A stretch of DNA of 63,996 nt, counting the filler, from Basidiobolus ranarum (lineage: Eukaryota): assembly GCA_040143965.1 (NCBI GenBank). It is 3 parts of 3 records of this genome, joined end to end, with 100 filler letters (N's around TTAATTAATTAA, not from the genome) between each part and the next. Parts side by side here need not be neighbours in the genome. Positions count along the whole stretch, not along the records: positions 1 to 21,385 come from JASJQH010000206.1; positions 21,486 to 42,850 come from JASJQH010000207.1; 1 more part is not named here. One strand, written 5' to 3'. The first letter of the stretch is position 1, and every line of letters begins with the position of its first letter. This document shows positions 12,498-24,911 of the stretch, one piece after another. Both the position numbers and the translations under genes were made by a program. The notes beneath the pieces are model-generated. The model did no database searches. It saw nothing but the letters and a program-made list of their open reading frames with translations, and was not told where the DNA came from.

Positions 12498-15400
12498 ATG
12501 TTTGTTAAGCCTGACAAAGCCTTTTCATCTGCTTCAAAAAAAAGAAAAATAAACGCCCAACAAGTTCCTACATTTGGTACTCGGTCTCTTTCTTCTTTTG
12601 AGCAAGATTTAGAACTTTTATCACAAAATCCGATAGGTTAGTTCTTACCACTTACTATGGCTAATTCAGAATATCTAAGCATATTTGAATTCTCTAGCCG
12701 ATCCAAATGAAAACGTATGGAAGCGGAAGAGTTTACCTAACATCAACCCTGCCATTGATAAAATAAGTAAGCCGAATTCTTTGATCCGTTAATTGAAATT
12801 CTCAGTCAATCTGTCGATCTAAGTTTAATATCTATCAAGTTTTCCAGCAGATCGAGGCTGATGAGTATATTGAATCACAGAGTAACGAGCCTGTTATTCG
12901 GCTCTATGGTGTAACTGAGGTTAGCTTTTCGAGAAAGCGGTTGTTTGATGTTGATTTCTAAGAGTATAATGATTGCCAATGATAGAGAGGAAACAGTGTT
13001 GCTTGTCACGTGCGCGGGTTTTTCCCTTACTTCTATGTACCAGCTCCTCTAGGGTTTAGGAAAGAGCATATACCTGAATTTAAGTTAGCATTAGAGGTCA
13101 GGAACATTTATTTAATATGTTTCTTGAGTGATTGGAAGCTCATGTTAAGTATTCATAAATTCAGCAAGCCGTTAAGAGTGAACAAAAAGACAAAACTAAC
13201 ACGTTGGTTCGATCGATACGCATGACGATGAAAGAAAGCATATACGGCTTTCATGGAAATATCAAGGCGCCATTTTTGAGAATTGAACTGAGCTTTCCAA
13301 AATTAGTGGCACCTACGAAACATATCCTTTTGTTATGCGTTTTTTAATGGTTACTATATAATTTCTTGGATTCTATTATCTCTTCACTCTTCACACGTGT
13401 GTTAGAACATGGAATTACTTTTGGTCAATTTCCGGCGTATGCATGCCAAACATATGAGAGTAATTTGGAATATATTTTACGCTTTATGATTGATTGTCAG
13501 GTGAATTATTTTGTGAAGTAATAGTATTTTTTTATCTCTATACTGATCCGCTTTTGCATTGTACGCTAGGTTACTGGAATGAATTGGATTGAACTTCCAC
13601 CGAAGGCGTATCGACTAATTTCAAACCTCTCGTCTAATTGTCAACTTGAACTTGAGATCAAGTAGGGCAGCTAACTATCCACCGACTAATAGAAAGATCC
13701 TAATTGAGCCACTTATCAATTGCTAGATACGATAAACTTATAAGCCATGAACCAATCGAGGATTGGTCGCACATAGCACCTCTACGTATTCTTAGTTTTG
13801 ATATCGAATGCGCTGGCCGTAAGGGTGTTTTCCCTGACCCATCAGTTGATCCAGTTATTCAAATCGCAAATATAGTGACAACTCAAGGTAACTCGAATAT
13901 GAAAAAATATTTTATTTCTATTAGAGTTCTCTCAATTGTTCCAATTATAACCTTCTTTGATTCCTAGGACATTCCAAGCCATTCATCAAAAATGTTTTCA
14001 CGCTAAATTCTTGTGCTTCCATTGCTGGAGCAGAAATATTCTCATTTCAGGATGAAAGAGAGATGTTACTGAAATGGAGAGATTTTTTGGTGGAGGTAGA
14101 AATCACATTTTACGCAAGAAATTGTATACTCTTTGTTGAAGCGATCTCTAATATTATTGCAATAGGTTGATCCTGACGTAGTAATCGGTTACAACATTAC
14201 CAATTTTGATTTTCCATATTTGTTGGATAGAGCCTCGCATCTTAAAGTTGAAAACTTTGCATTCCTTGGACGTATAAAACGTAATTACAATATTGAAGGA
14301 CCATGGTCAAAATTGTAGATATGCCTGTTCTCATCATCCATTTACTTAGTCATTCAAAGTCAAGTCAAAGACACTCGATTCTCTTCTCGTGCATACGGCA
14401 CACGTGAAAACAAAACAATCAATTTGGAAGGAAGAGTCCAGTTAGATCTTCTACAAGTCATGCAACGTGATTATAAACTTAGATCATATACTCTTAATTC
14501 TGTGTGTGCCCAGTTTTTGGGAGAACAAAAGGAAGATGTTCACCACTCAATCATCACTGATCTACAAAACGGAGACGACGAAACTAGACGCAGATTAGCC
14601 GTGTATTGCTTAAAGGTAACAATATTTCATTATATTACATTGGATAAGCAATCAACCCGACATGATATTAACTGAGCTTAATACTTTTAGGATGCTTACC
14701 TCCCTCAACGTCTTATGGATAAGCTTATGTGCTTGATCAATTATATTGAAATGGCACGTGTGACTGGTGTTCCCTTTAACTATCTACTTGCAAGAGGACA
14801 GCAAATCAAGGTCGTGTCTCAACTGTATAGAAAAGCTATTCAACAGGACTTGGTAATCCCAGCTATGAAAGCTGAAGGTATGTGCTAATACGAATCAGTG
14901 TTTGGCAATTATCTTGTGTAACCATTCTTCTCAACGTATAGGCTCCGATGAAGCTTATGAGGGAGCTACTGTTATCGAACCAGTAAAAGGATACTATCAC
15001 ATCCCTATCGCAACATTGGATTTCAACTCTTTGTACCCTTCTATTATGATAGCACACAACCTCTGCTATACTACGTTACTAAGTAACTCCATTATCAGTA
15101 AACTTAATCTCGAAAAAGATGTAGATTACTCAGTTACTCCAAATAATGGTTAGTCATAAAATAGTAGCAGAAAATTCTACTTACTAATTAATTAATTAAT
15201 TTGTAGACGCATTTGTTAAGACCAATCGAAGAAAAGGCCTACTTCCTACGATCTTGGAGGATCTTTTATCGGCTAGAAAAAGAGCTAAGGCTGATTTGAA
15301 AAAAGAAACTGATCCATTTAGGAAGGCTGTATTAGATGGACGTCAGTTGGCTTTGAAGGTCATTAGTAACTATTTTCCTCACTTAGAATTCAATACTAAT

Positions 15401-16213
15401 GTAAACACTCTACTCTAGATCAGTGCCAACTCCGTTTATGGATTTACTGGCGCCACAGTAGGTAAACTTCCATGCTTACAAATCTCGTCGAGCGTCACTG
15501 CCTATGGCCGAACAATGATTGAAAAAACTAAACAGGTAGAGTAGAATACTTCAGTGGCATTGTTATCAGTCGTCATGGCAATTTCACCCCTAATACCTTT
15601 GAGTAGGCTGTTGAAGAGCACTTCACGATTACCAATGGATATACACATGATGCTCAAGTGATCTATGGCGATACAGATTCAGTCATGGTTAAGTTTGGCA
15701 CTGCTGATCTTGAAGAAGCGATGAAGCTAGGTAAAAATAAGAATCGAAATATTAGATATTAGATTGAGAACTCAGCACATATTGATATATAGGACATGAA
15801 GCAGCCGGTGTAGTCACTGCCCAGTTCATTAAGCCCATCAACTTGGAATTTGAAAAAGCATACTTTCCATATTTACTTATCAGTAAGAAAAGATACGCGG
15901 GGCTATATTGGACCAACCCTAAGAAATGGGATAAGATGGATACCAAAGGTATTGAGGTAAATATCATTTAACTACGAATTGCACAGAGATGTCGAAAGAA
16001 ATTCTAATGGACCCAAAATCCGATTTCTTTAGACTGTACGAAGAGACAATTGTCGATTGGTTTCGAATGTAATTACCACTTGCCTTCGTAAAATTTTGAT
16101 TGATCGAGATGTACAAGCAGCTTTGGATTACACTAAAGAAGTCATATCCGATCTTCTGCAAAATAAAATCGACATGTCTTAATTAATCATTACTAAAGCT
16201 TTGAGTAAAACTG
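12498..16213 (+). pseudogene. POL3: DNA polymerase delta catalytic subunit, C-terminally truncated with a premature stop (probable pseudogene or broken copy)
   Basis: Exons give [75 protein letters not shown] and VRRDNC. There is an in-frame TAA at 16180-16182 in DMS*LIITKALSK, and homology stops at about 16213 with no CysA/CysB tail. Confidence 0.85.
13322..13396 (+). other. U12-type AT-AC intron in POL3
   Basis: 5' ATATCCTTTT and 3' ...TCTCTTCACTCTTCACAC. Removing these 75 nt gives PTK-R-VLEHG...YESNL in frame. Confidence 0.85.
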
Positions 16214-17148
16214 TGTTATCTGATTTCTCATTTTTATATTTTGTCTTTACAAGCAACTTTAGTCTTGGTCTTATTTCTGCATCACCTTTTGTTGGAAATA
16301 TCGCTTTTTGTACTTGATTTTCACTCTTTTGCATAACTTCATCGACCTATTAGAATATAGAATAATACAGTATTCTTCTTCCTCCTATAATGTTTATCAT
16401 AGATTCTCTTCCATGACTGGACCACAGTTGCACTATAACATGATAAATTCCGTTCATTATCTTTGAATAAAAAGCAAGTTTGAGGCCAACAAGTTCCCGC
16501 TTCAAGTGGATTACCATTCCGACTTACGGCGCTTTCGACTATTCAGTGTGAAGCACCATATGCTAGTATATATATTAAGCAACAAGCTACCCCAATTCGC
16601 GTTGATGTTGATATCTGTAGTATTCCAATATTCGATGATGATGGAAATTCACTATGGAGTATAAATACGAATACGTAACAATAAGAATATATTGACAGCT
16701 TGAACGATTGCTCATTTGCGAGATTCCACAGCTACCCATTCTGGGTCAATGCAACTAACTTTTTAAACATTCTGAATGGATACTTAATTCCTTGCATATT
16801 AGAAATCAATTCACATATTCCCACAACGAATGTACAAGGACCTATTAATTGGTTGATTCCAGGGGATTCAGCTGGGGCTACTTGGCATGAATTTAACTGG
16901 TTTAGTAGCTTAGTCAAGGATCTGTGGTTCAACGTGAAACAGTTTCAAGAAATGTAGTGCCAGTATCGAATATAGGAGGATTGAGCTTTGGGAATAAGGG
17001 ACAAATAAAATCTGGAAAAAATCCCTGCCGTGTATGTAGTGGATGATTGGTTAATCATTTGATGTCAGGTTGGAAATTTAAATTTAAAGTGCAGTCAAGT
17101 TTTGACAACTTGTAAATAATCAACTTTTATACTATACCTTAGCGCGTC

Positions 17149-18105
17149 ATGAGCTCAGCCTGGCTTCATCAGTGTGGTAGCTTGGGTTGGCGTACTATTC
17201 ATCTTCTAGTAATCTTCATGCTTCTCTGTAACTGTACTGTAATGGCACAGAATAGTCTTTCTTCTGGTTTTGTACAACAGGACTCGACAAATCCAATAAA
17301 TCAACATCAAATAAATATCCTACTGCTCGGCGATTCCCTGACTGCTGGCTGGACAATGAGCGGAAGGGCTATACACAGCTATGGAATCCAACTCCAGAAG
17401 CAACTTATTGGGAGAGGCTATGATGCCCAGGTTCGTACTCATCTCTACTACAATCCTAGAAGTCATAACCGAGACCTTCTTTTTTAGGTAGAGATACGCG
17501 GAATACCTGGTGAAGCTGTTTTAGATTCCATGACTCAGACAACTAGAGTTATTTTAGACAATGCAGAGTGTTTAGATCGTCACTTCGATTACGCTATTGT
17601 CCTTGCTGGAACTAACGATGTGTTCCATGGATATCCTCCCCACAAAATAATGGGTGGCTTGAAAACTATCTATGAGAGAATCTGGAAACATGGCGCCAAG
17701 ATAATGGCACTGACAATGCCCGAGTACGATTGGGTAAGCTGCGGAGTATTTGTTGAGTTTGATAGGTTTTAATCATATATTGTGCCTCTGTTAGGATCGC
17801 GTAAACCATAATGAACCACACAGAATAGAAGTGAATGCACTGCTACGGTAGCTCATAAGTCATCCCAACTCTTTCCAGCTACTTGTTTAACTAACAACTA
17901 CCCATCTCTTAGAAATTTCACTTCTGAACAAAAATCCCTAGATCTGCAGTTGTATGATTTTGCCCATGCATTTCCACTTCGCTCATTAGATGCGGTTACT
18001 CGAAAAAAGCTATGGGACTCGGATCGCATCCACCCTAGTGTGTATGGGTATGATGTAATGGGCGATATGATTTATGTTGCATTCCAAAGGCTGTTACGAA
18101 GCTAA
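17149..18105 (+). CDS. SGNH/GDSL-like hydrolase with N-terminal signal or anchor, 4 exons
   Basis: Blocks LLGDSLTAG, RGIPGE, LAGTND and DSDRIHP carry the catalytic S, G, N and D/H residues. Confidence 0.88.
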
Positions 18106-18776
18106 GCAATATCATGATAGGCAGGATCAAGGCCTGTTTAGTGGCACGTGTGCGTGAATACTTTAAGCGAAATTTATTTGAAATCTTTTGGAATTGAATT
18201 TTCTAGATCTATATTCAAACTTCACGTAATATTTTAAAAATCTTTTACAAAATTAAACCTTTCAACCTAATTACAGACCTAGTATACATTGTACTTCAAA
18301 CTTGTATATGTGTATTCGTTTGAAATCGATGAACATCAAGAAACATGACTTACATGCTGTATATGCAATTATTCTAGCTAAATAAACTGCATATGCATCA
18401 TCAACAATGGTTGGTTAAAAGTAGCTCGAATCGTAAGAATCCTTCCTAATGGGAAACGTCATGCCACAACACACAATATCTGAGGATTTCAAAAAGTGTG
18501 TTTGGTTGAATTTCTCCTATCCATGCCCTAGGCAATTTAGGCTATTTTGTCATCACTCATTCACCTATCATATGTTCTAAACATCTAGACCACCTTTCAA
18601 ACTTTAGCTGCTGGTGAAACGGTGTCCGATTCAACTCGAAATAATCACAACTTCCCCGAATTGTTGAATGCGTCCTTGAAACTTCACGATCAAACACTGG
18701 TCAGAAACTGATATATTTCAGTAGCGAAAGCTCTATTTCTATTATCATCAAAGATTTTGAATCCATTTACCTCACC

Positions 18777-19265
18777 ATGATTTACTCCAAAGTATTCGTT
18801 GTATTCTCTTTACTTTTGACAGGACTCAGCTTTACCGTAGGACTAACTCCTAATCAAGGCCCAGCAAAAAATCCCTTGGAGGATTACAAAAGAATTGTAT
18901 CCCAAAACTACCAATTCTTTGATCAAGGTAGACAGGAACTGGAAAAGATCAAAGTAAATGCAGAGGAAGATGAAGTCCAAACATATGAAAGCTTTAGAAA
19001 AACCATGCGTAGGTTGAAAGACCTTTTCATCAACTGTCGTATGCTTCGTCGTCAAGTGATCAAAGCAAAGGAAGCCCTTCTTAAGGCCAATCTCAATATA
19101 ATTAATTTAGAGGAACTGGTGGACAAAGATATCGATAGCCTTGAAAACCATTTCGATTCTTACATGGAGGAATTCAAAGTTGCTTATGATGAGGTCAAGA
19201 GATCCTTTCACAAAGGACTAAATGAGAGAAAGGACGTTACTTGGGATAAAAGATTGAGTATTTAA
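18777..19265 (+). CDS. Hypothetical secreted helical/coiled-coil protein
   Basis: Intronless 162-aa ORF in CACCATG context with a hydrophobic signal peptide (VFVVFSLLLTGLSFTVG) and a charged helical mature region. Confidence 0.65.
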   Translation: MIYSKVFVVFSLLLTGLSFTVGLTPNQGPAKNPLEDYKRIVSQNYQFFDQGRQELEKIKVNAEEDEVQTYESFRKTMRRLKDLFINCRMLRRQVIKAKEALLKANLNIINLEELVDKDIDSLENHFDSYMEEFKVAYDEVKRSFHKGLNERKDVTWDKRLSI

Positions 19266-20594
19266 TCCAAATAAACAATATTATTATTAAGCCCCTCAGT
19301 GAATGTTTATATTGATGATCGCTAGAATTATTCGTACTGACTAACAAGCTCTTCGAGGAAAAATTGAAGTGACATCTATGTATAGTCCTCAAAACCCGTG
19401 ATATTGTTGGTCGAGCAGTGACGTAAATCTCACAATGTTGCCGTGCCAAAAGACGACATGGGCCAATGATGTAGCTTCAAGGTGGGCGGTGGACTCTCGA
19501 AATTCAGTACTAACTCAAAACGATTTTGGATCACAAATGTGGCTAAAGTCATTGCTATATTAGATAACTTTCATTGGGCTGCTGCTAAATAGAAGTTTCT
19601 TTTTAATGTTAAGCTTTAATTAGACTACACATATTTGGTAATCCTTTATCAGATGAAGTGGTGCTTATCTTGAGTTGATTATGTCTTGCTAAATCTATAA
19701 TTTATCAGTCCTAATGCGCTCGAGAGGCTAACGTCTTTTCAATCAACTACCATAATGGGAGAATAGCCGATACTCTAGGATCTGGTGAGTCAGTGTATTT
19801 CATTAAATCACAGGCTTCTGTCGCCATTCGAATATCGATCACTCATGATAGTCAGGTTCTATCAGTCATGGTCACTAATGCTTGTTATATAGGCCTCGGT
19901 TGATGTTTTGGTTGTCATAGGCACAGTCGGATTCTGTTGTAGTACCGTGGCTCATCAGAGATGAGTTGGGTTGCTAAAAGCATCTAGCCGTAACACCTTT
20001 GTTTATTAATATTGCGACTTTGGCCAGGGCATGTTAGCTGATGGTCATTGCCATTGGTGTAGATGCTTTTTTGCTTGTGCTACAGGATGGTGAATAGTAA
20101 CAACCAAAAAAACTAAGTCTTCGCACCTCAAAGCCAAAAATAGATTAAGCCGTAATGGATCATTTCCCTACTAGGCGTAGTGATCATGCATTGCCTCATG
20201 ATATATGTGTTACCTGCTCAATCATTCATCAAACACCACATTATTAATTTCCCAAAACCATCATCATCATGATCCCAATGGATGTAACAGGTAGGTGTGG
20301 AATCAGTCGAGCTGGTCCCCAATATCCCCAATTATGATGGACCCCCAGTTAGCCGAATTTGGATGAAAATATACTACCTGCTAATGATCCAATCAAGGAG
20401 CCTCTTTGACTGGTGGAACAATCTGTATAATCTCTTCACTACTCTAAGGACTATATAAAGAGTAGGCAGATGGTGTGTCTACTTGTTCAGAACTTGTGGT
20501 TATTGAAGTAACTTATTTTCCTCATTATTAATCTCCCTTTACTTTCGTCAAGTTCTACCAAACGTTTCTTTGACAAACATATTCCCCAAGAGTG

Positions 20595-21385
20595 ATGAAA
20601 AGTAGTAGGTTTGGAGAGAGAAGATGGTGTACCATTTGTACATTGGGTGTGATTCTCATTGGATTGCTCGCACTCTTCATCGCATATCCCGTAGTAAGTG
20701 AGATACGAAAGGACAGCAGCAAAATGGATTACAGTAATATTCCCAAAATCAACCGTGGCGGAAGGGATAGTTGGATTGATTTCGACACTCCTAAAAGCGC
20801 TAATACATATACTTCCACCGATGGTTCCAAGTATAACTTAGTCTTTTCAGATGAATTTCAACAAGATGGACGGTCATTCAAGCCTGGAGCTGATAAAGCT
20901 TTTGAAGCGGTTAATCTTCATTATTGGCCTACTGGCGATGTCGAATGGTACCACCCTGATGCTGTTACCACTAAAAACGGAAATATGGAAATTACTATTA
21001 CCAAAGAGTCTATCAATAATATGGACTACAAGAGTGGAATGCCCCAGTCTTGGAATAAGTTTTGTTTCACTGGAGGTTATCTCGAATGTACAGCTACATC
21101 TCATAGCTCATTGCTCTAGTGGCCCAGTATTAACCATTTTTCTAATTTCTAGTTAATGTCTCCTTACCTGGCAGCGGAGATGTCGCCGGCTTTTGGCCTG
21201 GTTTGTGGACCATGGGAAATTTAGGAAGAGCGTAAGTGTTTTCATGAATTTGATGGAAGATATTCTTTTGGTAATAGAAACTAACAAACAATTTTAGTGG
21301 ATATGGTGCTACCACAGCGAGAACTGGTTTGACAGATGTTGCAATTGGGTCTCAAACGCTGTCGGTTCCATTTATGCTCTCATTA
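20595..21385 (+). CDS. KRE6: KRE6/SKN1 beta-glucan synthesis-associated GH16 protein, partial
   Basis: TM anchor, then WIDFDTP, LVFSDEF, FEAVNLHYWPTGDVEWY, SWNKFCFTGG, SLPG..GFWPGLWTMGNLGRAGYGATT. Ends at the contig boundary. Confidence 0.85.
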
Positions 21386-21485
21386 NNNNNNNNNNNNNNN
21401 NNNNNNNNNNNNNNNNNNNNNNNNNNNNNTTAATTAATTAANNNNNNNNNNNNNNNNNNNNNNNNNNNNNNNNNNNNNNNNNNNN
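21386..21485. other. Artificial contig spacer (44 N + TTAATTAATTAA + 44 N)
   Basis: Six-frame stop linker at 21430-21441 flanked by equal N runs; identical to the second spacer. Confidence 0.97.
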
Positions 21486-22242
21486 TGATCAATATCCTGA
21501 TTGGCTTGCCATTTCTCAGTCCATAGACCATAATTGACAAAGTCAATAATCTAAGTCATAACAGAACTGTTGAGTCGGAGACAAATATCAACTATCAAAC
21601 TAAATAGGGCTTACTTCTCCATCCCAGTGCGTAAGTACAGTTGCCGTTGTAGCAGGAACATTCAAAGCTTCCATCAGGCCTACAATAGTACCGTTTTTGT
21701 GATTCACAGCATGGATGGTCTACATAGATATAAAAGTGAGTAAAGTACTAAGAAGTGATTGAAATTCTTGTCTGTACTCATACCACTTTCACCTCCCATT
21801 CTTCACTCCCAGAGCTTTGCGTGCGATAGTTGATAAGGTTTTGAGTTCCAAGAAAAACTCTACCAGGTCGAAGGTAGCTGTTTTCTTGGAGAGTCAATTC
21901 CACTAACGGTTTAGCATGCGAATTAGGGTGAGTAGATGCTTGCTTCCAGTGACGACTCAGGCGTAAGTACTCCCCAAGATTTGAGCTCTCAAACTCCGGA
22001 CTGTCACTATCCTCTAAACAAGAGTCTTCTGACAGATCGTCCAACTCCATTCGGAGTTCATCTTCTAACTCGTTTTCTTCGTCTGAGTGTTCCTCCAACT
22101 CAATCAATTCCGTTTCCATATCATCGTCATCGTCGTCGTCGGAAATATCTTCTGAAAGGTAATATCGTCCGATGGCGAGTGGTGGAAAAGAAGAAGTACG
22201 GTGTAGGTCGGAACCTTCGGCACTCAAGTCGTCAGAGTGCAT
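21486..22242 (-). CDS. GID4: GID4/Vid24-family substrate receptor of the GID/CTLH E3 ligase, 3' end cut by the gap
   Basis: Acidic N-terminus, then SYLRPGRVFLGTQ...EEWEVKV|TIHAVN...GLMEALNVP...VLTHWDGE|IIDFVNYGLWTEKWQA. Confidence 0.8.
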
Positions 22243-24380
22243 GATTCAAGAATTCTTCTTCTTTCTTACTCAGGGTTAACCAAATAGTGAGCTGTATATT
22301 TCTGAAATGGAACTCTGGTTAGTTGACGAAGTGTAAAATGAGCCTGAAAGTAGAATTGGACCCGGAGATCCTTTATGAACCATAAATTGACAAAGGAAAG
22401 AATGGACATACCGATTTCCTGAGGAAAGCTAAATATTACCAATAGAGAGGTATGTAGAAGTATCCTAAAAAAATTGGGTCCAGATTCATATACTATTGCT
22501 GTCGAACCCACAATTATACTAGCTCACCAGAGAAACCAACACAGTACAGCTTGAATTTGAAAAATTGGACCAAGAGGAGAAAGTAATGAGTTGGATAGTC
22601 TAGATCAATTTGCTAGTTGAAATGGTGGAAATTGATTTAAAAAAATGATCCCATTGGATTTTTAGGTTGGAGACGCAAAAAACTATCTGAGATCATTTCA
22701 GTCAATCAAAATGACCGTCATTGAGATCGAGATCGTATATAAAAATGGCTACTCCATAGCATCCATTGATTAGAACTACGATGTAGATTTCTGCATGCCA
22801 ATCGTGATGCGTTTGGCAGATAAAAAAGATGCTTGTGCGTAGAAGTAAGACGTATGGTAATTGCGCGCCAATTAGAGCAAAGAAGCCGCGACAGCGACAG
22901 TTTTGAGAGCAAATTTTCGGTAAGTCGGATCTTAAAACGGAATGTCGGTAACGTAAGACGAGGCAGAGGTTTCTGAGAGCTAATTGGACAATATCTACTG
23001 TTTAGGAAAAAGAATCTTCAAAGCGCCATCATACAATACTCCTTCACGCAAAGGCCAGGCCTTCAAACAAGGGCTAGAAAAACCAGCATGCCAAACCTCT
23101 TTGCCATCTAAGGATTGAGAGAGGAGTGTATCGTGGGAGTTCCGCTATCACCAAGAATCCACCATAACAATGAATCAGGCAGTGCAAATGGAGATAGGGA
23201 TGCGCTCATTTACCTCGTTGTAAACCCGTTGATAGCCTCAGACCAGGTTCATAAGTATCTCACCGTTTTTCTTAAATAGAATCAAATATTGTCATCTGCT
23301 TCAAAAGAGGGCGCTGGGTCGTACTGGAGTCAATCTAACCCCTGATTCAATCGAAACTAACTGGATCCATAAATCCACTGAGAAACTTGAGACGATGAAC
23401 TATCTGCTGAATATACGGTGAATTGGTGCTGGACCGCTTCCATCGCAGTACTTGACAGAGTATTCTTTCCGTTTTCTAAAATGATCCGTAGTCCTTTCTG
23501 GTGGATTTGGATCATAGGCGTAATGTTGGGTTAGTATAGGTAAATATCCTTCCCAACTGCAGTTGGATTATCAAACGCGATCATCAACATATCCATCAAG
23601 CCTGGTATGTAGTATAGTTGTACTAATATATCTATTCTATAATATACAGTGTGAATTCGCTGATCATCTTACCAGTCTCAAACACACTTCGAATTTATTG
23701 GTTTAGGCGTTCCTGGGAGCCACCAAGGCACAGTATTCTGCTTAGTATTCTACAAGAACACACATTGAACTTTAGTTATACATCATCTCTGTATCAAACT
23801 CATACTCACTGTGGACTATAACTACCGTCCTTAGAAACTGCTTCACTAGATATGATTTACTACGTATTTTTGACTCAGTTTTTCAACTGAATTTATGATC
23901 TCTAATGTGAATTCATCATACCTTCCATGTGTGACTTGAGTGCGTAGAATCTGCCATTTTTGGCCAACAACCAGAACTCTAGGATTACTGTACTTGGGAG
24001 GCTTCAATAGTTGCCAACCATTGAAAGAATCTTACCTGATTAAAGGCTACTTCAGTGTCATGTATTCTTTGGAGCCCTCAAATCATTCACAATTGTTTCG
24101 TTTAGTTCGCTATAAAAGCAATATATTCCAAAAATCAATATCTGTTGCTTTATTTTTTGTTAGATATAAATCAACAAATACGTGAGTTAAGCCTTAAAGG
24201 ATTCCCGAGTGGGAAGCAATCTTTATTACTCAGGAGAAGGGATGGTCCAATGTTGACATTGACTAATAAATGAGAGATAAAAACCAAGTGAATCAGACAA
24301 CTTGAGAGGGTTTTATTCAGGGTAGATGATTTGGTGAGAGAAAAAGGTGTAATGAATTTATGATGGTTCTTGACGAAGGT

Positions 24381-24911
24381 TTATGCTTTAGCCTCTTCTT
24401 CCGTGGCAGTACCCTCTTTGTCAACAATGTTGAGACGTATGACCTTGTTATCGGTAATATTATCTCCTGAGGACTTGTTAGATTCCACATTTTGTCCTCT
24501 CAAACGTTGACGTCTAGCTTCTTCTACAATAGTCTTAGCTCTGGCAATCTAGAAGTGCCAGTAAAAGTTAAAAACGAGTCAAACGATTTCAACCAATTTT
24601 AGCGCAGATAAATACCTCTTTCGTGTGGTGAAGACATTCAAAATAATCCTCTTGTTGTAAAATACATTCTTCGGGTTTATCAGACATGACATAACATTTA
24701 GAAAACTCTTGCCAGAGGTTGAAACATCTGTTACGACCTGAACACAACAACGATAAGTTTCATATATTCAACAATTTATAGTGTATTCAGAAAATTCATG
24801 TAGCAGTTGAATAGTTTGAAGAAATAATATTATTGCCTTTGCGTGTAAAGTAAAACTGGCAAAATAGTTGTAAAAATTCTTACCGCCATTGAAACCGAAA
24901 CCTGAAGCCAT
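24381..24911 (-). CDS. NDUFS5: NADH:ubiquinone oxidoreductase 15-kDa subunit (NDUFS5-like), 3 exons
   Basis: Exons 24911-24884, 24737-24616 and 24548-24381 read MASGFGFNGGRNRCFNLWQEFSKC...ECILQQEDYFECLHHTKEIAR, a twin CX9C pattern. Confidence 0.88.

Noticed and set aside
15186-15200. TTAATTAATTAA inside POL3, identical to the assembly linker
   Set aside because: No flanking Ns; it is a (TAAT)n run inside a normal GT-AG intron.
19500-20500. Possible mobile-element relic upstream of KRE6
   Set aside because: Only a short PNYDGP-like fragment; nothing diagnostic.
22266-22511. Possible uORF ending just upstream of the GID4 start
   Set aside because: The transcription start is unknown and I recognise no conserved peptide.
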